Positions 14,159 to 26,969 of a DNA stretch of 64,000 nt are shown here, one piece after another; the first letter of the stretch is position 1; every line of letters starts with the position of its first letter. Source of the DNA: the human T2T-CHM13v2.0 reference genome, Homo sapiens. A program made the position numbers and the translations under genes. Under the pieces are notes generated by a model that did no database searches, was not told the origin of the DNA, and was given only the letters and a program-made list of their open reading frames with translations. The stretch lies in assembly GCF_009914755.1 (NCBI RefSeq), contig NC_060928.1; one strand, written 5' to 3'.

Positions 14159-16424
14159 GATAAGCTATAAACCAAAATTACAAGCAAGATGAGTTTACAT
14201 ACTTTAGTTACCATTTATTTTTGCAACCACCCTGGTTATAAAACTAGTTCTGTGAAAATAAATAAATAAATGGTCACTCAACATTGTGATTGAGAGAAAA
14301 CTACTAAATTATACCTTGAAAATTCGAAGCCCATCAACTCCTAGTAGGTTGTAAAAAGTCCACCAAGGAAGAAAAAAAACTGAAATGAAATAATGCATAG
14401 AGTAAGCAGCAAAACAAAACCTTAAAAGGAGAACATCAAAAGTCAGAAAGAAAATAACTCCAGTCCCAAACCTTGCAATGTTCCCTTTGCCTCACTGATA
14501 GTCATAAACAATTCAGTCATTTAATACCCAACAAGACAAGCATTTGCTACACACACATTGGATATATTTTCTACAACATACTATATGAAAACAGTGAACC
14601 CATTCACCATTATAAAAAAGTACTCACTGCCCAGCAATTTCTTGAGAAAATATTGCTAGATTTGATAATATCTTTATAAATAAGACTGAAAAGTGGAGAG
14701 CTCTACGGAACTTAATAGTTGAGACAGAATCAGGGAATTGGAAAAGAAATGCATTTTGCCTTCAGTCATTTGCATAACAGCAGTTTTATTTTAAAAGGTT
14801 TCTTGCTGAAACTAGAAATGCTTTGAAGAGAAACAATAAGAATCTTCATTTTGAAATCAGCTAAGCAAGAGTGAAAATACTGCCAAGTGGACTGGCTGCA
14901 TGTCAGGATCACTGTAAAAATAAGTTGTGGTGAACTCAGGCCTGAGTCAAAGGCTATGGCCACAAAGGGCAGGATTATGGCTGAGTGATGGAGATCACAT
15001 TCCATTCCAATCACTATGAAAATAGAAAGCAAATATGAAGAATGAAACTTCAATGTGCATTGAAAATTATAAGCAGTTCAGTAAGAGAATGGAAGGTTTG
15101 GTCTTTCTTCAACAAGATATACAAAATAGTGTATCATTTTTCTTCAAATTCATGAATCATCAACTACGCATGCTACCAATTGCATCGTGATCATTTTATT
15201 GACCTGTGTAATTTTTAAAATTAAAATTAATACAAAGAATTAGAGTACATCACCTCATTCAAATATTTTTAAAATCTTACATCCTTATAATATCTACTTT
15301 ACAATGATGGGTCCCCTTTATTATCAGATGGCCAAATCTTAAAACAAGATTTAATTTGGAGACAAACATAACACGACTTGCAAAGAACAATCTTGAACAC
15401 ATACAGCTTTTCAAATCCTCAAGCCTCACATGATATTGTTTCCTATAAATAATTAATAACAAATTAGCTATCTCAAAAAAGTTTTGTTCATCTAATGCTT
15501 AAGCAAACTTAAAAAACATATTCTGCTATTGGCCACTGCATTTCCTACTTATTGGTAATTTTCTCTATCAGTCTTTGAGATTAATTTTTATTGTTTTATG
15601 AAGGCAATTTAGATGTTGATCTAAATAAGAGAAAATATATCTAGAGCTCACTACTTAAACACATGCTATCAATTGCTATTTTTCTACTTGAAACCAAATT
15701 AATATAAATAATGCACCTATTCTACCCACTAAAGAATAACTTTCTATACAGTCTTGAAAATGATAATGTTTTAGAATCATTAAAAAATCTTACTGAAATA
15801 CTATTCAGTTCAATTCCCATTTCACAGATAAGAAAACTGAATTTCAAATTATAGTAATATGTCCTGTATTACACAGTGGCCAAATTAAGAGCTGAAACAA
15901 TTCCCAGTAGATTTTAAACTCTTTGGGGAAAGACACTTTATTTTTTTAACCCTTAAATTATACTGGGCATATATAGTCCAGTGCCTTGCATATATAGTTA
16001 CCCTATAATTTTTTAATAAATGATCTCCAACTTAGGGCTTTTTTTCAAACAGAAAACTAGGAATGCTATAATAATATTCATAAAATCTTGAGTTATATTT
16101 CATCTCAATGAAATTTGAACTTCTCCAATATATAAGAATAATACCCTATTTGTTGTTTGGGTCTCAGAACACAGTATAGAAAATGTTTAATAAATGAAGT
16201 TGAATTAACGAATATATAAAACATAATATATCAATTAAAATAATATTGATGAATACATATTAGTATTAATGGATATTATATCAATCAACTAATAATTGAA
16301 TTAATATGTAGAAATATATATTACATGTATAATATGTCATTTGTGTACATATATGTATATACATTTAAAAGAAAGCAAACTATGAAACTAGATGTGATTA
16401 TCAGTTTCTCTGTCATCTTAGCAA

Positions 16425-16823
16425 TACTATAGTACAGTTAATAAATCAAATAATCTAAGTGTTGCTGTGAAGGTATTTTGTAGATGTAGTTAACATTTAT
16501 AATCAATTGACTTTAAGTAAAGAAGATTGCCCTAGATAATGTGGGTGGGCCTTGTCCAATCAGTTGAAGACCATAAGAGCAAAAGCTGAGGTTTCCCAGA
16601 GAACACGGATTTCTGCCTCTAAACTATAACATAGAAATTCTGCCTGCATTTCCAGACTACTGGCCTGCCTGATAGATTTTCAATTTGTCAGCCCCATGAT
16701 CATATGAGCCTAGTCCTTAAAATAATACATTTTTTAAATAATGCATACATTCCTTGAAATAATACAAAAGAATACGTATATTCTATCGGTTCTGTTTCTC
16801 TGGAGAACCCTAAACATTATACC
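16425..16823 (+). mobile_element. MLT2D-type ERVL LTR
   Basis: gttgctgtgaaggtattttgtagatg, gactttaagtaaagaagattgccctagataatgtgggtgggcc, ggttctgtttctctggagaaccctaa. Confidence 0.8.
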
Positions 16824-16974
16824 AGAATTATAAAATCAACTTGAGAAATACCTGATACCTCCTTCTACTAGTTTTATTAGAATATTATTGCATTCTTCAC
16901 ATTAGGTATTCTAAACTATTTTGCAATACACAATTAGAAAACATAAAATATATAATATTTTGCTGATTAGTTGG

Positions 16975-17335
16975 TGTATTTGTCCATTTTCACAATGCTG
17001 TAAATAACTTCCTGATAATGGGTAATTTACAAAGGAAAGAGATTTAACTGACTCACAGTTCTGCATGGCTGGGGAGGCCTCAGGAAACTTACAATCAAGG
17101 CATAAGGGGAAGCAGGCACTTCTTACATGGTGGCAGATGAGAGAGAGAGCATGCACAAGAAAAACTGCCACTTTTAAAACCATCAGATCTCCTGAGACTC
17201 ACTCACTATCAGGAGAAAAGAATGGGGGAAACCACTCCCATAATTTAATCACCTCCCACCAGGATCCTCCCTTGACACAAAGGGATTACAATTCCAAATG
17301 AAATTTGGGTGGGGACACAGAGCCAAACCATATCA
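16975..17335 (-). mobile_element. THE1C-type MaLR solo LTR with perfect TSD
   Basis: tgtatt...ggggacacagagccaaaccatatca, flanked by GTTGG at 16970-16974 and 17336-17340. Confidence 0.92.
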
Positions 17336-18126
17336 GTTGGCCAAAAATGTGTGTAACCTCACTCTTTCTTTTCTTTCTTTCAAACAAAACATTCATAATC
17401 ATAGCCAGGATTTTTATTAGGTTATGATTTGTATGAAAATATTAGGGTCCTTTAACATGCAAACATGATTTTACATATTCCCACTTTTTGACCTGCTCTA
17501 AATATTTAATACCTTGAATATAATCACCTACTTTTCTGTGGTGTGGTTATAACATGTGACAGATATAATATTTTATAACATATTCCATTCCAAATTAAAA
17601 CATTCATATTTACCTGAGTTACATTTTAAAAAACAAACAAAAAGAACAAATTTGTTTAAACCAGACATCTGCACTAGTTGTTTTACCCCCTGGTAAGTAT
17701 GTGTTTTGAGAAAAGGCTTAACTGAAACCATCTGTTGATGACTCATTCACTCTTGAATCATCTAAAATATTTTTTCTCCAATTTATACCAATGCATAACA
17801 CAATGTCTTTCAAAATTTCTGAACTACATTCTTTCATTAAAAACAGAAAGCCGAGCAAAGAAAAAAAAAAAAAGAATGGATTAGGTACAAGTCAGAGTTC
17901 TAAACACTAATTTTCACTTGTTTTTAAGTGAGATTCATATTAACCCACTTTTGTTTAAATATTGAGACTTTCTGTTGATTTCACTGTGATGAAAGCCTGG
18001 CTGATGCAGTAGACCATTATACTTGAAAAACTCCTCACATATATTTTAAAAGCTCATGCCTTGCAGTGTATACCTAAAATCCCACAATAAGTAGAGGATA
18101 GATAGATCTGCAAAACCAAAGCCCAC

Positions 18127-18775
18127 TGTATTAATTTTCTGTTGCTGCACAACAAACTACCAGAGGCTTATTAGCAGCTTAAAACAACACACATTTTATT
18201 ATCTTGCAGTTTCTGTGGTCAGGAGCATGGCTTAGCTGAGTACTTTTGCTCAGGGTCTCGTAAGGCTACTGTGGAGGTGTTGGGGGAATGTTTTTCATTT
18301 GGAATCTTGACTGGGGAAGAATCCACTTCCAAGCTCTTTCTTTTAGCAGAATTCATTTCCTTATGGCTTCATGACTGAGAGTCCCAGCATTTTGCTGGCT
18401 ATCAACTCGAGGGGTTTTTCCTGTCCTAGAGACCACTCACAGTTCCTAAAAACCAACAGAAGTTCCTTGCCACATAGGCTCCCCCAAACTGATTGTTGAC
18501 TTCATTGGGCCAGAAAGGTGAATCTCTATTTCATTTTGCCACGATACATCATACCTTACCTTATGTAAGGTAATGTAATCACAGAACTGACCTTCTATCA
18601 CCTTATCATTTTTGCCATGTATATATGATATATATATGCATATTCATTTCTATTGGTTAGAAATAAGTTTTAAAAGTTTTAGTCTCACACCCATTCAAGG
18701 GGGAAGGTTTACACAGAGGCATGGACACCAGGAGATGGAAACCAATGCGATTTGCCTGAAGGTCTGTCTATCACA
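18127..18775 (-). mobile_element. MLT1 (MLT1F-like) MaLR solo LTR
   Basis: tgtattaattttctgttgctgc...gcagcttaaaacaacacacatttt...ggggaagaatccacttccaagctc...ctatcaca. Flanks cccac/cccaa give a 4/5 TSD match. Confidence 0.8.
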
Positions 18776-19399
18776 CCCAAACTCAGCGTACATTTTTCCC
18801 AGGAGATTTAAAATATTCTCAGAGGCTTCAAGCATTCATATATTTATAATTTATTTTTACCAAATGCACAAATAAAAACACATGGAAAAAAATGTAGCTG
18901 ATAATCTCATTGGTTCAAAGTGAAAATCCAAATACCCGATTCTACAATGGCTCTTTCTATTTGAGTCTTATTTGTGTATTTTTAATTCTTAGAAAATTAT
19001 TATTATTTATACCATCGAAGTGTTATTCTCACTATACATCATAACCCAAATCAACTAATATTTTATAATTTAATTTATTAATTTAAACACTTATTAAATC
19101 TTACATCATTATCCCTGCCCTCTTGTGGTCTTTAGCTTTCCATTGGAAAAACAATTGTATATAAATTTAAATTTTAATATATACAAGTTAAAAACAAGTT
19201 ATTCTTATTTTTTAAGAAATACAATTTGGGGTTCCTCCATTTATTAAAATTTGCAATATCCTTAGGTACACATAAAACTTCACAGTAGCATGCTATATTC
19301 TTAAATTCAAAACAATTATTATGAATCCTGATATTTATAAAGCAATCAACAGCCAAATCTCTGTGTGAGTCAGCAATGAAGTCATGTATGTAAGTGCTC

Positions 19400-19500
19400 A
19401 TTACATTCCCTGAGGTTGACAGACAAAAATGTTTCCAAATGTTGCCAAATATCGCCTGGATGGATAGAGGGAGTAAAATGACCGTAACAGAGAAATAACG
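19400..19500. mobile_element. MER20-family hAT terminus
   Basis: caaaaatgtttccaaatgttgccaaatatcgcctgg...gagaaataacg resembles the MER20 end. The element may extend further left. Confidence 0.5.
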
Positions 19501-19884
19501 TCTTATAGAAAATTTAAATAATATTTAAGTTGTCAAAACCTTTCATGTACACTCAAAGGACAGTGGGTCAGAAAGAGACTCTGAAGAACAATTAATTTAT
19601 TCACTGTTACCAGACAGGTTAATACTGTAATCTATCAAAATGAAGAAAGTGATACACTGTTGCAAATAATATTAGCACAAATTATCATTGGGTCTAAATT
19701 CTGTGTAATCAAAAGAATCTTGTTGGAGAATTACTATTTCTTTCCAGGTAACAGCATAACATGAAATAAGATGATTATATCCAACAATTGTTCACTTACT
19801 TATGATTCCTCAGTCTCTTTTCCTAAACAGTATCATTCTCTGCAGTGTTCCGCAAACTTCTATTATCCTTTCCAATTGTGAACG

Positions 19885-20110
19885 TTTGTTATTCATTTCC
19901 TTGCTGATTACTAGGTTCTAGGCACTCCTAGAAGCACTTTAGAGGAATCATCTCTTTTCATGTTCACAGTGAACCTAAGAGGTAGTTATTGTTATTAAAC
20001 TCATTTTTCAGATTATGAAGCTGAAGCTCAGAAAGTTAATGGGAGTTGCCAAGGTCAGAGAGTACTCAGGTAGTCTGACTTTCCTTCCTGTGCCTTTGTC
20101 CTTTATTCTG
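19885..20110 (-). mobile_element. MIR SINE
   Basis: ctaggcact...ttcacagtgaacctaagaggtag...catttttcagattatgaagctgaagctcagaaagttaa...ttgccaaggtca. Confidence 0.7.
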
Positions 20111-21781
20111 TTCTACATGTCCACTTCATACTGAAATAAAATAACTCAATACATTACATTGTCATTATCTAACTCATGTTTAGAAAAATTACTTTTGTAA
20201 TCCAGCGCCAGGTAACAAAAAGTGGAAGATATTTAAGAGATTATTTCAACAATCAAAGTATAATAAAATTAATGCATTTAACTACAATAATCACAAGAGA
20301 CTAAGTACTAGAAGACTAATAAAAGGCAAATAAAAAATTTCAGAACATGATAAATTCTGGAAGAAAGGTATCTTGAAAAATTAATATCATTAGTTGGAGA
20401 TACAGATAAACAAATAATATATGCAAAGAAGTCAGCTAAATAATTTACAAAGGTGATTATTTTCTATTAAAAAACACAAACACAGCATTTTTCTGATGGG
20501 GAAATTGAAAATTGAAGAGACTAAAGACACCTTATCAAAGTAAAAACTAGTAAATAGCAGAATCAGCACTCAAAGCCAGATTTGTTGGCTCCAAGTCATG
20601 CCATGATTTAACCACTAAAATATCCTGAGATACTATCCCAGAAGGGGAAGCAATCTGGGGAGACATAATGAACTTGGATTGGGACACCCACCTTCAATAT
20701 ATGTGAACACACAAACATAAACACAAACCCACCCCTACATACACATACTTAGAAACAATAATTTAATTCAAATTTTTATAGAGATCATTAGATTCATATA
20801 CAGTTTTAAGATAGAATCTATGTACAGCATTCCCAGTTACCCCAAACTATAACATGTTTCAAAACTGTAGTACATTATAACCAAGATATTGATAAAACCC
20901 ACCCATCCACCAAATTTTCCAGTTGTATCTGTATTTGTCTCTCCTGTGTGTATTTAGCTGTATACAATGTTGGACTCTCATAGGTTCATGTATCCACTAG
21001 CACAGAAGACTTTCATCACTAAATGTATCCCTCATGTTGCTCTTTTGTAACCATAACCGTTTCCTCAGATCCTCTAACCAATCCTTCACCCCTAAGAAAC
21101 CACTAATCATTTTTCTACTTCCAAAATTCTAAAATAACATTTTTTAAATGTTACATAAATAAAATCATATAATATTATTATTTTAGGATTTTTTCCTCAG
21201 TATAACTTCCTAGAGATTAATCCAAATGATCGAATGAATAACACTTTCCTCCTTTTCATTGATAAGTAGTATATGGAATATAGTTACTACAATATTTCAA
21301 ACATTCATCTATTAAAGGACACCTGGACTCCGTCTTCATTCAGTATAGACAAAAGCTGTAAAGAGCCCATTTTGGTCTATATTGAATAGAGCTGCTATGA
21401 ACATTTGTGCACAGGTTTTTATGTGAACATATGTTTCAATTTCTCTGGAATAAATTCTCAAGAGTACAATTGCTGGTTCATATGGTAATTGTATACTTTT
21501 ATAAGAAACTGTCAAACTGTTTTCCATTGAATCTGTACTGTTTTACAGTCAAATAATCAATCTATGAGTGCTCCAGTTTCTCTACAACCTCACCAATATT
21601 AGGTGTTACCATTTTTTTTTTCCATTGGCCATTCTGATATGTGTGTAGTAATATTTCATTGTGGGTTTAACTGGAATTTCTTTACGGGCTAGTGACATTG
21701 AATATATTTTCATACACTTATTCATCATCTGTGTATTCTCTTTGGTGTAACGTCCATGCTTTTTGTTCATTTTCTAAATAG

Positions 21782-22106
<325 letters not shown>

Positions 22107-22436
22107 TTACGGCTGAGTTTTAAGTATTCTTTACATGGTTTAGATAATAGTCCTTTTCTTGTGTTGTTTGCAAATAGTCTTCCCACTCTGTAGTCTTTAC
22201 ATTTCCTTCACATGGCTTTTGCGGGGCAAACAATTTAATTTGTAGAGCAAAATTTTAATTTTCATGAAGTTCAATTTATCGATTATTTTTAATGAATTGT
22301 ACTTTGATGTCAAATCTAAGAATTTTTTTAGTAGTACCATATTGCAAAATTTTTTCTTTCAATTTTTAAAAAAAGTATTATACTTTAAAATTTTAAACTT
22401 AATTGTATGACATCTATTCTGAGCTAAATTTCCCAT

Positions 22437-22502
22437 AAGTGGTCCTCCCTTCTTGGCCTCCCAAAGTACTGGGTTTATAGGCATGAGCTACCACACCTGG
22501 CC
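22437..22502 (-). mobile_element. Alu 5' head fragment (about 66 bp)
   Basis: aagtggtcctccc...ggcctcccaaagtactggg...gagctaccacacctggcc, followed by a (GTTG)n microsatellite. Confidence 0.85.
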
Positions 22503-25500
22503 TGTTTGTTGGTTGGTTGGTTGGTTGGTTTGTGAGATAGTTATCCATAGATATCCAATTTATCCAGTAGCATTTGTAGAAAAGGTTATTCTCCATTAAA
22601 TTGCTTTTGCATCTTTTTCAGAATCAACTGAGCATGTGTGGGTCTATTTGCAGGTGCTCTGTTCAGTTTCATTGATCTGTCTTCATTACCATAGCTATAT
22701 GGTAATCTTTAATATCAGGTAGATTAAAGTCTCACTTTAATCTTCCTTCTTGGGATTCTTTTAGTTTTTCTAGAGCCTAGGCCTTTCTATGAAAATTTCA
22801 GAGTGAGCTTGGCAATCTCTATAGAATCACTTACTGGAGATTTGATAGGAAGTGCATTAAACATATATAAATGTGAAGAGAATTGATACCTTTACTATAT
22901 TGAGTTTTCGAGTTCAATGAGCATGGTATGTTTCTCCAAGTATTTAAATCATCTTTGACTGATTTCATTAGCATTTTTAATTTTCAGCATACAGATACTG
23001 TATTTTATTTTCTTCGGAGCAATTTTAAATATAATTGTTTTAAATTTTAGTTTTCATATTGTCATTGTTAGTATACAGAGATTGGCTTTTATACATTTAT
23101 GTTGTGTCCTGCCACCTTCCTCCACGTACTTATTGGTCCCAGGAGTTTATTATAGATTCCTTAGGATTTTGTATGTAGATAATTATGCCATGTGTCAGTT
23201 TTTATTCTCTTATTTTGTTTTCACTTTCCAATCTTCATGTCTTGTATTTATTATTTTATTATTTTCTTTTCTTATTGCAGTGACTATAATTTTCAATACT
23301 ATGTTTTATAAATGGTATAAAAGCAGAGGCATTTTGGTTTTTTGTGAATATTAGGGGGAAGATATTCAGTCATTTACTGTTAGGTATGATGTTGACTATC
23401 AGATCCTTTAGATGCTCTTTATTCAAGCCTAGGCTATTCTATATCCTCTATTCCTTGTTTTCTGAGGGATTTTTTATGAAAATGAATTAGGGTAGAATGG
23501 AAATAGGTTCATAAAAAGCATTTTCTGCAACAATTGATATAATCATGATGCTTTTCTTCATTAGTCTGTTAATAAGGTGGACTATGTTGACTGATTTTTA
23601 AAATATTAAACCAGGCTTGAATAACAAGAATATATCCTATGTAGTCATGTTGTATAATTATTTGTATACATTTTTGTATTCAGTGTGTTATTATTTTGTT
23701 ACTTTTTTAGGTCTAAATTAATGAGGAATATTTATCTGTAATTTTCAATTTTTATATCATCTTTGTCTAGTTTTGGAATCAAAGTATCACTGACTTCATA
23801 AAATGAGTTGGAAGGCATTTCCACCTCTTGTATCTTCTTGAAGACAATTTGTAAAATTGGTGTTCATTACTCTTTTAAATATATAGTAGAATTCCTCAGT
23901 GAAATTAACTGAGCCAAGGTATTTCTTTTTGGGGAATTTTAAATTACAAATCAAATTAAATAATGGTTATGAGGCTACTATATCTATTTTACCAAGGTTT
24001 TTTATGCAGTTTTCAGATTTTGAGGAGTTGACCCATTCTATTTAAATAGTTAAATTTATGACAGTATAGATGTTTTTAGTATTCCTGGATTATGCTTTTA
24101 ATGATAGAAGGGTCTGTAGTTGCATTGCTTGTTTTATACCTGATTTTGACAATTCATGCCTTTTTAATTTTTTTGTCAATATTGTTGGAATTTCATCAAT
24201 TTGATTTCTTACTTCTAAGAATCAGCTTTTTGCCTTATTTATTCTATTATTTTTCTATTATCATTGCTGTGGACTTCTGCATTTATCTTTATTATTCCCT
24301 TCCTTATAGTTGTTTTAAGTTTTTCTCTTTTTATTTCTTGACAAAGGAACTTACATTTTTGACTCTAGATTTTTCTTTGGTGTAAATGTAAGCATTAAGT
24401 GCCATAAATTTTCCTCCCACTTCTGTTTAACAGAACCCCACACGTTTTTATAAACTGCATTTTCATTTAGTTACCTATGTTTTTCAAAATTGCTTTGAAA
24501 TCTCATCTTTGACCATGGATTATATAGAAATTTACTGTTTAATTTACATCTTTGTAGAGATTTTCTTGTTGTAGTTCTGCTTAACTTCTTGTTGGATTCC
24601 ATTATACTGACCCTTTTATCATTATATGATATCCTTATTTCTCTTAAGTAATTTTCTTTGCTCCAAAGTCTACATTATTATATTTAATATAGGCACTCTA
24701 ATTTTTAGCTAATATTTATAAGGTATTTCTTTTTCCACTCCTTTACTTTCAACCTACCCATGTCACTAAAAGTGAGATTCTTGTAATCTACATATTGTTG
24801 AATTGTAATTTTTTAATTCACTCTGCCAATCTCTCTTTTGGTTGGTATGTATAGACCACTTCCATTTAAAGTAATTATTGATACGTTAGAGCTTAGATCT
24901 ACCATTTTATAATTATCTTTCTGTATTATTATTTTGCTCTCATTTATTTGTTATATTTATCTTTCTGTACATTACTTGAACATATATTTAGGATTGTGGC
25001 ATCATTAAATTACAGTCTTTTTCACTCTTTTTGCATAGTTCTTGTACTGATTGAGTGGCATTTTAAAATATACAAATATGACTTTTACAGTCTACTTGTA
25101 TTAACATTTTACAACTTCAAGTGGACTATGACCACATTATTTCCATTTTTCTCTCTTTACTTTCCCAACTTTTAAATATCATTGTCTTATTTTTCATATA
25201 ATGTTATAATTTTAGTTTTAATCATGAAAATGTTTTATAAAGCTTCTGAGGAAAAGAATACTCTATATTTTCTACCCATATTTCTTCTTTTTCTATTGTT
25301 CTTTTCCTTCTTGATGTTCCAGATGTTCTTATTATTGTTTTGTTTTAAGAGCCTTACTTAGCTCATCTTTATGGGTAAATCTGCTAATGTCAAATTTATT
25401 TATTTTTTTCTTCAGCTAATAATGCCTTTAAGCTTTATTCAAGAGAAACTTTTTTCTGTATACAGGATGCACAATTTCCACGGGTTTCTTTTTAGCATTT

Positions 25501-25907
25501 AAAATAGATTGTATCACTGCTTTCTGGTCTCCACAGTTTCAGACAAAAAATATACAGTTTTTAAAGCTGAAGTTCTTCTACAGGCAGTGTTTTGTTTTTC
25601 TCAGAGCACTTTCAGGATTATTTTCTATGTTTTTAGTTTTCAGGCATTTAATTAATATGTGTCTTAGGGTGAATTTGAGGGGTTTATCTTGTTCCCAATT
25701 TTCTGAGCTTCTTGAATCTATAGGTTTGTATCTTTCATCACTTTAGGGAGTTTTCAGCTATTATTTCTTCAAATATTCTGTCATCTCAGCTCTATTCATT
25801 TCTTCTGACATCCTGTAACATGAATGTTGATTTTTTTATTATTATTATTGCCAGAGCTGCCAAAGACTTTCTTCATCTTTTTTCTGCTCATTTTCTCTGT
25901 TCAGATT

Positions 25908-26220
25908 GTGTCTCTGTCCATTTTCTGCTGCTATGACAGATGCCACAGACTGAGCAATTCATAAAGAAAATAACTTTATTCAGCTCATGATTATGAATGA
26001 TGGAAAGCCCAATGCTGCCGGAATCTGCTAAGGATTATCCCATGGCAAAAAGAAGGGAGGGCAAAAAGTGCTTGTGAGAGAGAACTTGCATTTATAATAA
26101 AGCTACTCCCATGATAACTAACCTACTACCATGATAATTGCATTAATTCATTCATGATGGTAGAACCCTTGTAACCTAATCACCTGTTAAAGTCCCCACC
26201 TCTTAGTACTGTTACAATAA
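25908..26220 (-). mobile_element. MST-family (MSTC-like) LTR, truncated
   Basis: tgtctctgtccattttctgctgctatgacaga...cattaattcattcatgatggtagaaccc...aatcacct...ccccacctcttagtactgttacaat. The normal ...ca terminus is missing. Confidence 0.75.
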
Positions 26221-26969
26221 AGGCAGAGGTTGTTAAGGGGTCTTTGAGGGATTAGGTTTTCTACATTTCAGCTGAAGTGTTAAAATACTGAGTCAAAGTA
26301 GACTGCATAACATTAAGTATGTATATTGTAATTGCTAGAATAACAACAAAAATTATATACAGAATAGATTAATTAAAATGAAATACTACAAATTATTCAA
26401 GTAATCCAAAAGAGGCAGGAAAGGGAAAACAGGGGGAATAAACAGAAAATAAATAATAAAATTGTAGACCTAATCTAAGAATGTCTATAATTACATTGAA
26501 GGAAAAAAATCTAAACACACCAATTAAAAGACAGGAATAGTAAGTTGGATAAAAACAAAAATCTAGTGGTATTCTGTCTACAAGTAACTCATCTAAAATA
26601 TATTGATTTAAAATAAAACATTAACATGTCTATATTAATATCAGACAAATTAGACATCAAAACAAACCAAAAATGTTACAAGGCATTAAGAATTTTACAT
26701 AATGCTAAAATGGCCAATTCAACAAGATGAAATAACCATTCTAAATGTGTATGAAATTGGTTGCAAAATATGCGAAGTAAAAATTGACCCAACTGAAAGG
26801 AAATATAACCAAATCAAAAATAGTAGTTGGCGATTTTAACATTCCTTTCTCAGTAATAAACAGAACTTCTGGTCAGAAAATCAGCAAGGATATAGAAGAA
26901 TGAATAAGTGCAATCTAATGAACATTTACAGAACACTATGATCAACAACAGCAGGATATACAGACTTTT

